Origin: Heteronotia binoei
Taxonomy: Eukaryota
Length of the DNA: 64,000 nt
Direction of reading: 5' to 3'
NCBI RefSeq assembly: GCF_032191835.1
Contig: NC_083227.1
Location: forward strand, 49,600,001 to 49,664,000
Notes under the pieces: model-generated
Seen by the model: the letters and a program-made list of their open reading frames with translations, nothing else
What the model was told of the DNA's origin: nothing
Database searches by the model: none
Translations under genes and position numbers: made by a program
Shown: piece by piece, positions 13,348-23,381 of the stretch
How the letters are laid out: each line of letters begins with the position of its first letter
Position numbering within the stretch: the stretch's first letter is position 1

Positions 13348-15244
13348 GTGGACCCTACCCGCCTTTTCCCTTTTTTGTCAGCATGGTCCCGCATTACTTC
13401 GGACCTCTGGGTCTTATCAGTTATCCAACACGTGTACGGGATAGAGTTCATTCGTCTTCCCCGGACCCCGCATTTTGTTTATACCCCACCTTCCCCGTCC
13501 CTCCAGGAAGAGGTGCAATCTCTCCTCTGCAAACGGGCTATCGAAGTGGTCCCTCTGGGCCAGCGGGGCCATGATTTTTACTCCCGTTACTTTACTGTTC
13601 CCAAGAAGGACGGGGGGTTACGGCCGATCATGGACCTCCGGGCCCTAAACCTCTTCGTTCGATGCGACAGGTTCCGCATGGTGTCCCTGCAGCACATCCT
13701 GCCGCTTCTCAGTTGTGGCGACTGGATGGCGACATTGGATCTGAAGGATGCATATTTCCACGTTTCCATCCTTCCGAGTCACCGGCAGTTCCTGCGCTTC
13801 GCCATAGGGGAGGACCATTTCCAATATCGGGCCCTACCCTTTGGCCTGTGTACAGCCCCCGAGAGTCTTCACCAAGACTATGGTGGTCGTGACGGCCTAC
13901 CTGCGGCTGCAGGGGGTAACGGTGTTTCCGTACATCGACGATTGGCTGCTGGTGGCGGACTCCAGGGAGCTCCTCCTGCAGCACATCGATGTCACTGTGA
14001 CTCTCTTGGCGAACCTGGGCCTGCAGGTCAATTGGGGAAAGTCTCACCTCTGCCCTTCCCAGAAGGTGCAATTCATAGGGGCGATCCTGGACACTACGAT
14101 CTGCAGAGCTTTTCTCCCTCCGAATCGGGAGGACGCCATTGTGCGAATGGTCCACGCAGTACGTCAGCACCCTACCTTGTCAGCTCGGCAGGTCCAGCGA
14201 CTGCTGGGACTCATGGCGGCCACTACGTCTGTCATCGCCTTAGCGAGACTCCGCATGCGCCCGCTACAACTATGGTTCCTGAGAGCTTTCCGGTGCAACG
14301 TCGATCCTCTCTCTCAACTACTGCACGTCCCCCCGGAGGTGGTAGCCTCCCTAGACTGCTGGGGACTGAAGTGTTGGCTGACGGAGGGCGTCCCCTTCCA
14401 GAGGCGGGCCCCGACAGTAACGATTACGACGGACGCATCCCTCTGGGGGTGGGGGGCACACACTCAGGGTCTTTGCGTTGGGGCCCCCTGGACGGACCAT
14501 CATCTTCACCGGCACATCAACTTCTTGGAGTTGCTGGCCATATACCACGCTCTCCAGTCCTTCCAGACGCTGATTCGGGGCAACTCGGTGGCCATTCTAA
14601 CAGACAATACAACGGCCATGGCATATGTCAACAGACAGGGGGGCACGGTCTCCCGCAGCCTCTGTTTGCTTGCCGCGACCATCTGGGAGTTCTGCGAGAC
14701 CATGGGGGTTTCGATTGCCGCGACCCATCTTCCCGGGGAGCTGAATGTGTGGGCAGACTTCCTCAGCCGAGGGGGGGCCTCCCTGCACGAATGGGAGCTC
14801 AACTGGGAGTTCTTGAGTCCAGTGTTCCGGCATTGGGGGATTCCCCAATTGGACGTGTTTGCAACGCAAGACAACAAAAAGTGCGAACTGTTTTGCAGCA
14901 GGGGGGGAGCGGAACCCGGGTCTCTGGGGGACGGACTCCTGGTTCCATGGAGCCACCTCAGTGTTTACCTTTTCCCCCCGATTCCTCTGATAACCAGGGT
15001 GGTGCACAAAATTCTGCGGGACAGACCGGTGGGAATCCTGGTCACCCCTTGGTGGCCGAGGCAGCAGTGGTTCCCGATAGTTCTGCGCCTCGCCAATGGG
15101 GAGCTTCATCACTTCCCGCAGGCCCCGGACCTCCTGCTTTCCCATCAGGGCCAGGTCCTGCACCACGATGTGCCGCACCTGAAATTGACGGCGTGGCGCC
15201 TCAGCGCTCGCAGTTATCGGACCGGGCGTGCTTCGTCCTGTTGA
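13348..15244 (+). pseudogene. DIRS ORF2: reverse transcriptase - RNase H - DNA methyltransferase-like, with a +1 frameshift at ~13856-13860
   Basis: RT motifs YFTVPKKDGGLRPIMDLRALN, LDLKDAYFH, LPFGLCTAP|RVFTK, YIDDWL; RNaseH TTDASLWGWGA, HINFLEL, TDNTTA, N.WADFLSR; MT-like DVFAT and YLFPP. Confidence 0.92.
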
Positions 15245-17488
15245 ACTGCAGAAAGTCTTCTACTAGGCAGTCCTATGCCTATAAGTGGGCGAGGTTTGTC
15301 CGGTTCGCTGAGGATGCTGGGACTGAGCCTCGCGGGGCAGGCTTGCCTGTCATCTTTGACTTTATCTTGTCCTTGTTGGACGGGGGCCTGACGGTGTCTT
15401 CCGTTCGAGTCTACTTGGCGGCTGTTTCCTCGGAGCATTCCCGGGCGGAGGGGTATTCCGTCTTTGCTCATCCGGACACGAAGAAGTTCCTTAAGGGGAT
15501 TACCCGGCTGTACCCTACCATTAAGGTTCCGGCGCCGGCTTGGGACCTTATTTTGGTGTTAAAAGCCTTAACGGCGAAGCCATTTGAGCCGATGGCCACA
15601 TGCCCCCCTCATCTTTTAGCCTGGAAGACGGCCTTTCTGGTGGCGATCACGTCCGCCAGGAGGGTGGGCGAGCTGGCGGCTCTCCGGTGTGATGACCCTT
15701 ACTTGCGCTTTACCCCGGAGGGGGTGGTGCTTCGGCCTGATATAACTTTTCTGCCAAAGGTGCTCTCGCCTTTTCATTTAAATGCTGATCTGTGCCTGCC
15801 GGTGTTTTTTTCTAACCCGGCGTCGGACTCTGAGCGTCGGTTACACGCTTTGGACGTCAAGCGGGCGCTGTCCTTCTACCTTCATTGCACGAAGGGCTCC
15901 CGGAAGGACCCTCGACTATTCGTGTCCTACGTGTCCGCGTCGCGAGGACGGAGGATTTCGTCTCAACGGCTGTCGGGATGGATTACTGGGACTATTCGTC
16001 TCTGTTACCTCCTCCGCAAGACGCCGCTTCCAGGACCAGTCCGGGCCCATTCCACGCGGGCTGTGGCGACCTCGACGGCCTTTATGAGAGGGGTCCCTCT
16101 TCCAGACATCTGCAAGGCCGCCACGTGGGCCTCGGCGCATACCTTTGTTTCGCATTATGCGCTGGACCTGAGGAGGCGATGTGAGAAAATGACCCCTCTT
16201 TCACAAACATGGTTGCCAGGGCGCCTGGAGAAGTGAGCTTGCATCCGCCTGGCCAGTGAATGCGAGTAAAGCTATCCAGGAACTACGTAAGACTCCCGTG
16301 TACCTATTACCAAGTATACAAGTGCTTGAGACAGGCACAAAGTGTCTGCAGACGCACATGGACGTTTCCCCGCTATCGTGTGGAATCCGCCATGGCGAGG
16401 AGGAGGCTACGCCACCACGGAGCTGTCCAGGCGAACGGTGTTGAAGCGCTAAGCATGGAAACCACTGTGTTTCGCTAACATCACATGTAGCCATCTTCCT
16501 GCCTGGTGGGGCTTCATTCCTTCTTAGTGGGAACCTCACGTACACACCTTGAGCCATTCCTAGCCCGCGAGCAACCTATCTAGTTTATGAATGGATTAAT
16601 GGTTCGACAGTTGATCCTGGTTACTAAGTAATATCCTGAACCCAAGAGATGATGAGAAAGAGGAAGGATCTCTCCTGATACATCCAAGCCCTTTTGTCTA
16701 CACCAGAATACCTAGGTTCATATCTGATTCTCTATTGTCCCTTTCCCAGTTAATCCCATCTCCTCCCAATCACCCAACCATTCCCATACTGATATCATTG
16801 GAGCCGCCCCAGGCCCTGTCGCAACTTGGAAGTTTCCAGGATGCCCAGGATGAAGGTGATGTTCATTGGTCGAAGCATACACCCAATCAGGTGTCGCCAT
16901 GGACTCGCCATTGGTCTAGCCGATGTCCAGCCTTCTTGGTCATCAGCAGACCCTCCCATTAACACTCCCAGTTACCTCCCATCCCCTCAGGACTAAGGTG
17001 ATACTATATAACCTGTGGATTAGCTACCCACAGGTGTGCTCTCTATGCAGTAACCCCCTTACCCCGCTGTATAGATCCATCCCCGATTCCTGATCAGTTT
17101 CGGGTCCATCCCCCATTCCCTCATTCGTCGCCATCGGAGCCTTCCTTGGAGTCTGCGAGAGGTAGTATTACCCTGTATGTCCATCCTTTTATGTTCCCCT
17201 ATCGATCTCTCTATATATCTTAGACCTGTGTGAATGTGTGATTGATTTTGTACCTTGTGTGAAAGAACTATTGTTTCAAATAAACTACAATTGATTTTAT
17301 TAAATTAGAGTCCTTTATTGAGCATTGACTCTCTGATCGGTTAAGCCTGGTATACACAGATAACAAAGATTCCTATTGGGCTAGCTGTCTCTCAATCTAA
17401 TTCCCCAGTCTCATTTTGAGAGCAGTTTCCCTAACAGCATCAGGACTCTTCGGTGGGCCGCGCTGTGTTGCAGTCTGTCTCTTCCTGA
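13662..17488 (+). pseudogene. DIRS ORF3 tyrosine recombinase, overlapping ORF2 in another frame; +1 frameshift at ~13860; C-terminus interrupted by LTR 16180-17436
   Basis: Catalytic residues SARRVGEL (R), HSTRA (HxxR), FVSHY (Y); removing the LTR gives ALDLRRRQDSSVGRAVLQSVSS* ending 17488. Confidence 0.9.
16180..17436 (+). mobile_element. Solo LTR-like insertion (1257 bp), ERV-like
   Basis: TGTGAG...CTAACA termini, CCAAT boxes ~16865-16915, TATATAA 17005-17011, AATAAA 17279-17284; a 4-bp duplication restores the YR frame but flanks gcga/gcat match only 2/4. Confidence 0.65.
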
Positions 17489-17531
17489 TGGACCGCCGCT
17501 CCCTCCTCCAGGTAGGACCTTGGCTTGCTAG

Positions 17532-17627
17532 TCTCCCATCGGTGTGATGCACAGAGACCACGAAGAAGATAAACAGGTTTCCTACCTGTAACTGATGATC
17601 TTCGAGTGGTCATCTGTGCAGTCACAC
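17532..17627. repeat. DIRS internal complementary region (ICR)
   Basis: 17532-17570 is the reverse complement of 10799-10837; 17571-17627 is the reverse complement of 17827-17883. Confidence 0.95.
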
Positions 17628-17672
17628 TACCCGCCCTCCTTCCCCTCTGCTGTCGGTCCATCTGTGGGCTAA

Positions 17673-17833
17673 CGCAGCGGTCAGAAGGAACTGGCGGGAT
17701 GTCCGCTCCCCGTCCCGGTGGGTATGCGCAGTGGGGCGTCTGGGCATGCGCGCTGGGACGGAGGCGCGGAAATCCGCAGCTTTGAAGTTTACCGATCGTG
17801 ATCGGCGCAGCCGCCTTCTCCCATCGGTGTGAC
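17673..17833. repeat. DIRS right inverted terminal repeat
   Basis: Reverse complement of 10822-10982. Confidence 0.93.
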
Positions 17834-17982
17834 TGCACAGATGACCACTCGAAGATCATCAGTTACAGGTAGGAAACCTGTTTTTCCTAGACATCATAAA
17901 TGGCTGTGCACTGGAACAGTCACAGAGCCAGAGGAGTAGTGCATGATCTTGGACTTGGATCTGAGCGGGTCTCAAGACCTAG

Positions 17983-18460
17983 TGTCATGACCCAGTTGGG
18001 GGTGCTATCTGACGCTGCCACTATTCTGGGATTAGGGTCCCTTAGACCAGGCAGAGTAACAAAGAACAACAAAAAGGTTTCTTTTAAAATCTACAAAGGG
18101 TAAGTGAACAGATAAGGTGTTTTAAAACTATAGTAATGTGGGTAAAGGAAAATAACCATAAAGTCCCTAACGCGACTAAACTTAACTGTTCCCAGTCTGT
18201 TAGGCCCCTGGCCTCGACCTGCTCACTCTCTCCCTCAGAGCGAGGGTCTTCCTCCTAACAGCAACCATTCTTCCTCTCAGGAGGAAAGAACAGCGTTTGT
18301 CTCCTGAGAGAGCTTCCCCTCAGAGCCTACTTGGACACTGATTGGCTAAAACCAGCACCAAGCATTCTGGGGATTGTAGGCTGTCTCTTTCTACTGAGAT
18401 ACAGGCCTCACAGGCTCCCTAGGCCCACTAGGCCTCTGTCGCAGAGCACAGATCATGACA
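17983..18460 (-). mobile_element. Solo LTR (478 bp), Gypsy-like
   Basis: TGTCATGA...TCATGACA terminal inverted repeat; perfect 5-bp TSD cctag (17978-17982, 18461-18465); removal restores CR1 SQDLVRNVE. Orientation inferred from motif layout. Confidence 0.85.
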
Positions 18461-19599
18461 CCTAGTGAGAAATGTAGAGCTTGTTACAACAGTTGGGAAC
18501 AGTGGTGATAAGTGCTATTAAATTCAGCATTCAGGTCAATGGAAAGTTACTCCTAAAGTCCCAAACTGTATTTGATATCAAAAGAAGGAACTTTACAAAA
18601 ATATGGGGAATACTTAAAAGGAAGCTGAAGGGGAAACACAAGAGTCAAGTCCCTAGAGTATACATGGAAGCTATTTAAAACTCACTAACTGAAACCCAAA
18701 CAGAAGGTATTCTACAGGTTAAGAAAGGCACTGCCAAGTCTAAAAGAAAGCCTGTGTGACCAACAATGCAAGTCAAGGAAGCTATAAAAAGTAAGGCTTC
18801 TTTTTAAAAGTGACAGGTTTGCCACAATGAATTGGCTCTGGCAAAAGAAATGTAAGTTAATCATTAGACATACAAAAAGAGATTTTGTGGATCAAATTGC
18901 TTAAAGCATCTAGACAAACAATAAGCATTTTAAAAAATATATCCAGAGTGAGAAACCAGCTAGAGAAGCAGTGGGGGCCTTTGGATGACAGGAATAAAGG
19001 GATTGCTAAAGGAAGATGGCAGAGAAGCTCAATGACTTTTTTGCTTCTGGGTTCACTTATCCATGCCACAACCCCTATTTTCAGGAAGGGAGTCTGAAGA
19101 ACTGAGTCAAATTGGGGTGACTAGGGGTGAAGTTGTAGACCTATTAGAGAAAGTAAAAATTGGTATGTCTCCATGTCCTGATGGCATACACCTGAGAATT
19201 CTTAAGGAACTCAGATGTGTGGTAGTTGATCTACTAACCTGCATGTGTAACCTATCACTAAATTCAGCTGCTGAACCAGAAAACTGAGCAAATGTGACAT
19301 TAGTATTTAAAAAGGGATCCGGAGGGGAACGAGGAAATTATAGGCCAGTCAGCCTGGGGTCTGTTCCAGGCACAGTTATGTTGTGAGCCACCCTGAGCCT
19401 GCTTCGGCTGGGAGGGCAAGATATAAATCAAATTAAATAAATAAATAAATTAGTAGAAACTGTAATCAAAATAGAATTATTAGGCATGTAGCGGTTCAAA
19501 GCCTGCTGAGGGAAAGTCTGCATGGCTTCTGCAAAGGGACGTCCTGCCTCACCAAACTTTTGGAGTTCTTTCAGAGGCACTAATCGTCTAGTTCCCAGA

Positions 19600-19741
19600 A
19601 CCAGGAGGTAACACCAGGGGAAGGCCTCTACCTCTATGCCCTGTTGTTGGCCGTCCAGAGGAACTGGTTGGCCATTGTGTGAGACACGATTTTGGACTAG
19701 TTGGACCATTGGTCTGATCCAGCAGGGCTCTTCTTACGTTC
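19600..19741 (+). mobile_element. CR1 3' UTR fragment
   Basis: ggactag.tggaccattggtctgatccagcagggctcttcttacgttc, typical CR1 terminal stem and tail. Confidence 0.6.
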
Positions 19742-19885
19742 GACATGAGATGGTTTCACTCAAAGGAAGCCATGGTCCTCAATTTAGAAGACCTGAGGAA
19801 GGCTGTTAATAACAAGGTGTTTTGGAGGACATTAATTCATAGGGCTGCTGTAAGTCTGAAGCAACTTGAAGGCACTTAACACACC
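19742..19885 (+). mobile_element. RTE/BovB-like LINE 3' end
   Basis: Encodes degenerate RW...EAMVLNLEDLRKAVNNKVFWRTLIHRAAVSLKQLEGT*, resembling the RTE ORF C-terminus. Confidence 0.65.
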
Positions 19886-20228
19886 CTGATTTAATTCCCT
19901 CCTTCCTCAGAATCATCCCTAACTGCTATGAGGTCTGTGTAGCAGCATTTGCTTCCATTCATCCTTTCTTACACTTACTTCTCTCTTTCCTCTGTGTTGT
20001 CTCTTCACTCCCTGACTTGACTGTAAGTAATTTGGAGACAGAGGCCTGTCTCTTTATGTCTTTGTGGTGAAGTAACTGTACCTTGAATGTCACTTATAAA
20101 GTGCTGACAGTATTTATGGCTAGATTATCTTGGCTTTCATATCAAAACTAATAAAACTACATGTGTTTATTCTGGAAAAATTAACATTTTTAAAAGAGTC
20201 TCTTTGTGTGCGTTTGTGTATGTTAAAG

Positions 20229-20303
20229 GATATAGAAGCAGCCGAGAAAAAACTGCAGGCAAGAGAGCACTTACTTCTACACCCTAATACCGTTATTCTC
20301 CAG
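20229..20303 (+). CDS. CEP15: CEP15/C3orf14 coding exon (DIEAAEKKLQAREHLLLHPNTVILQ)
   Basis: ttaaag acceptor, gtaggg donor at 20304, 75 bp phase 0/0; matches recalled human [25 protein letters not shown]. Confidence 0.88.
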
Positions 20304-20482
20304 GTAGGGTTAATGACAGCCCATCTTTTTGTCTGTTTTAACATAAATGTTTAGATTTTCTTTTTAATGTTAGTATTAAATGGCAGCATTCTTTAAAAAT
20401 GGCAGCATTCTATTAAATGGCCTCTCATTAGATTAAATGTCAAAATTTAAATATTACATTAAGGAGCATCTAACATTGAATA

Positions 20483-20631
20483 CCCAGCTTACTGGGGGTA
20501 AAGTGTAGATGACTGGGGAAGGCAATGGCAAACCATCCTGTAAAAAGTCTGCTATGAAAACGTCGTGATCCGATGTCACCCCAGAGTTGGAAATGACTCC
20601 TGCTTGCACAGAGGACTACCTTTACCTTTTT
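20483..20631 (+). mobile_element. Sauria-SINE-like 3' portion
   Basis: ggggaaggcaatggcaaacca...tgcttgcacagaggactacctttaccttt tail as recalled for squamate Sauria-type SINEs. Confidence 0.55.
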
Positions 20632-20889
20632 AACATTGCTTTAAAGTGGACGATAACTACATTCATGCCAACAATTTCAGGTTTTGATATGTTGTACGTT
20701 CTCATCATTTTCGAATTTACATAGAGATAAAGAAGAAGCTTGAAGTTGCTTTTTAGATATGTCACTAAGACAATATGTATAAACAACAATGAGAGAGTGC
20801 GATAGTAGGTGGTACAACAGTCAGAATTTCAGTATCCCTGCCAATGAAAGCAAACATATTTGGAGGCTGTTGTTATTTTTACCTGCATG

Positions 20890-21073
20890 CAGGACCGGAT
20901 CTACATGTTTTTTGAGGGGCGGATAAAATTTAAAAATGCCACCCCCCCCCCATGGCCATTCTATCTTATGGTCCCATAGAACACAATAGATTCCATACCC
21001 AATTTGGCACCCCACTCCATCGGCGCCCAGGGCAAGCACCCCCCTCTGCCCCCCCCCCCAAGATCCAGCCCTG
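20890..21073. mobile_element. hAT-type MITE
   Basis: caggaccggatct / agatccagccctg termini; 8-bp flanks cctgcatg / cctgcacc. Confidence 0.6.
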
Positions 21074-21673
21074 CCTGCACCATATTTGGGGATGGGCCAC
21101 ATTCCCTCAAGGTCACTAAGGAGAACAAACAGTATCAAACTAACACAGAGGATAGAAATTGCAGGTGGAGGGGGTAAACTGCTTTCCTAAGGGTGCCTTC
21201 CCCCAATCTATCACCAATTCATTCTTTTTTTATTGCAGCGGATGACAGGTCCCCACTCCCTTGGAGTAGGCACAAAGGGAATTGTTTAAATTAGTCAAAA
21301 TTTATCAATGTTATTTAGTCTTTGAGTTAGATCCAAACGTCCACAAACTGCAGGAGCCCACAGGTGCAGGTTTTCACCACTTTCCCCAGTTCCCTCCTCT
21401 TTCCTGATAAAGCTATTGCTGAAGGTTGGGGGACCTTCCTGAAATAAATGCCTTCTGACACAAGAAGCTTTCATTTTTATATGTTTATTTATTTAATACA
21501 TTAATGTCTCTCTTGTTTCAAAAACTTCAGGGCCATATATGTGGTTCTATACCCACCTCCTCTTTTTTATCTTCACAGCAACCTACCTGTAAAGTAAGTT
21601 AGGCTGAATGAAAGTGACTGGCTGAAGATCATAGAATCATAGACTTGGAAGGGACTTTCAGGATCATCTAGTC

Positions 21674-21811
21674 CAGGGGTGGCCAATGGTAGCTCTCCAG
21701 AAGTTTTTTTTGCCTACAACTCCCATCAGCCCCAGCTACTGGCCATGTTGGCTGGGACTGATGGGAGTTGTAGGCAAAAAACATCTGGAGAGCTACTGTT
21801 GGCAACCCCTG
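21674..21811. mobile_element. Palindromic hAT-type MITE inserted in a CR1-tail remnant
   Basis: caggggtggccaa..gtagctctccaga / tctggagagctac..ttggcaacccctg, near-perfect hairpin; flanks atctagtc / (a)ttttagtc. Confidence 0.75.
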
Positions 21812-23279
21812 ATTTTAGTCCAATCCCCTGCACAATGCAGGAACTTCACAAATACCTCCTCCACACACACACACACATCCCCAGTGACCCCTGCTCCATG
21901 GCCAAATCAGCTGGTGAGTTTCATGGCAAAGAGGTGATTTGAACCTGGGTCTTCCAAGTCCTAGCTGAGTACTCTAACCGCTTTGTTATACTGGGAATTG
22001 GGTGAAATGGCCTCTCTTTCACTCATATATGATCCACTTCCACAGATGCCTTCTGTTCCTGGAAGTTTGAATCTAGCCTTGTGCATTTAGTGTCTAAAGG
22101 ACCAAGTAGTTAAGAAAAAACTGTCCCAGTTGTCATAGAAAAGTATAGATTTGAACCCTTGATTGATTAGGATTGCTCAATATTCAAGGGTCCACAGATT
22201 CACTTGCCCCAGTGATGATGAATTCCAGTTCTCTTCCCAAGCTTGGAAGGAGGGATGGGAGGGGGGGATCATCTTTGTAGTCACTCTGCACATTGCAGGC
22301 ACTCAGAGTGCCTCGTGACTGCCAGGATGATCTTCAGCCCCAAACTGAAATCATCCTGAGTTCCATGATGAAAGAAGCAGGATATGAGTAAAGCTGTATC
22401 ACTTGTGAGTGCCTGCCTATTGTGACAACCCTCGCCCCCTCCCCAGCTCCAAACTCAGGAGGAAAGCTCAGGCTCATCTGTGGCACACTGGCACTCCAAG
22501 TGCTTGGGAATCACAGCAGTACATGAATGAGCTCCAGCTTTGTTCCTGAGCTGGGGAAGAAATGGAAGGGGGGGGGGGGGTAATCCCTGATCTTGCAGCA
22601 TGCTTTCGAAATACTCCAAGTGCCTCAGAGAGAGAGGGATGGAGGCTCTTGGTTACCAACAGGAAATGTTGGCCAATTACCAGTGGCAGCCAAAATATGT
22701 GAACTTCCAGGAAGACTGAGTTTTGGCCACTGTTATTTTACGATGTGTTTTTTTCTTTCACATTCAATGTAGAAAGCAGGTGATTGTTCTTTACGTGTAA
22801 AATTCATTCTGAAACTATTTGAACCTGATAACTTCCAAATCCTTTATATTAATACAGTTTGTTAATGTGTTTTTGCAAATGGCAAACTATTTTTAGACCC
22901 CAAATAATTAAAATGATCTCAGACAAGGATCTGAATGTTTGTAATCCAGGGAATGGTGCTGTGGTTCAGAGAAGCATAATTCCTGTGTAACTAAATGAAA
23001 CCATTATAAAGTTCAAGGATTACTGTTCTGATACATTATTCACCACAAGAGGGCACATCCAATCACTGCAAATTTACTCTAGGAGTTGAAATCCTTACAG
23101 CCTCCATTATGTTGTATAATTGAGGGATTTGAGATTTAGCACCAGAGTAGTTTGGCCTTTTCTAAATTACTTCACACTGAAATAAGCTTTAAAGAGATTG
23201 TATGTTTGGATTGTTTTGTCATAAACATAGTAGATTGCATTGTAAACCAAAGTTAAATTATGTATTTTATCTTTTCCAG

Positions 23280-23381
23280 ACTCTTTACTGGACGAAAATA
23301 GAAGAATCCATTCCCAAGTGGGAGCCATTTTTTCTCGGAAGAACTCAAGCCCCTGTTGGTATTAGAAAAATCAAGCAATAA
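23280..23381 (+). CDS. CEP15: CEP15/C3orf14 last coding exon (TLYWTKIEESIPKWEPFFLGRTQAPVGIRKIKQ*)
   Basis: Polypyrimidine tatcttttccag acceptor; matches recalled human [25 protein letters not shown]; TAA at 23379-23381. Confidence 0.88.
   Translation, partial: TLYWTKIEESIPKWEPFFLGRTQAPVGIRKIKQ

Larger units (their letters stand above)
10799..17883 (+). mobile_element. Near-complete DIRS1-type tyrosine-recombinase retrotransposon (~5.8 kb after removing the internal LTR)
   Basis: ITRs ~10822-10982 / ~17673-17833; ICR 17532-17627 complementary to both termini; gag, RT/RNaseH/MT and YR frames; no TSD. Confidence 0.96.
10480..19575 (+). mobile_element. Old, degenerate CR1 ORF2 (endonuclease to start of RT) split by DIRS, a solo LTR and a SINE tail; CR1 pieces ~10480-10798, 17884-17982, 18461-19575
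   Basis: APE-endonuclease peptides YKLYKQDREG..GGAALNFKEGIES, FLDIINGCALEQ, DLVRNVE; later SPCPDGIHLRILKEL, NYRPVSL, HGFCKG; frame continuous across both insertion points. Confidence 0.85.

Noticed and set aside
13348-16236. 962-aa ORF as a novel RT-recombinase fusion protein
   Set aside because: Explained by one extra C at ~13860 that switches the RT frame into the overlapping YR frame; its last ~18 residues come from the inserted LTR.
17532-17883. Repeat-spacer-like pattern suggesting a CRISPR-type array
   Set aside because: The repeats are inverted and fully explained by the DIRS ICR/ITR; the context is a vertebrate intron.
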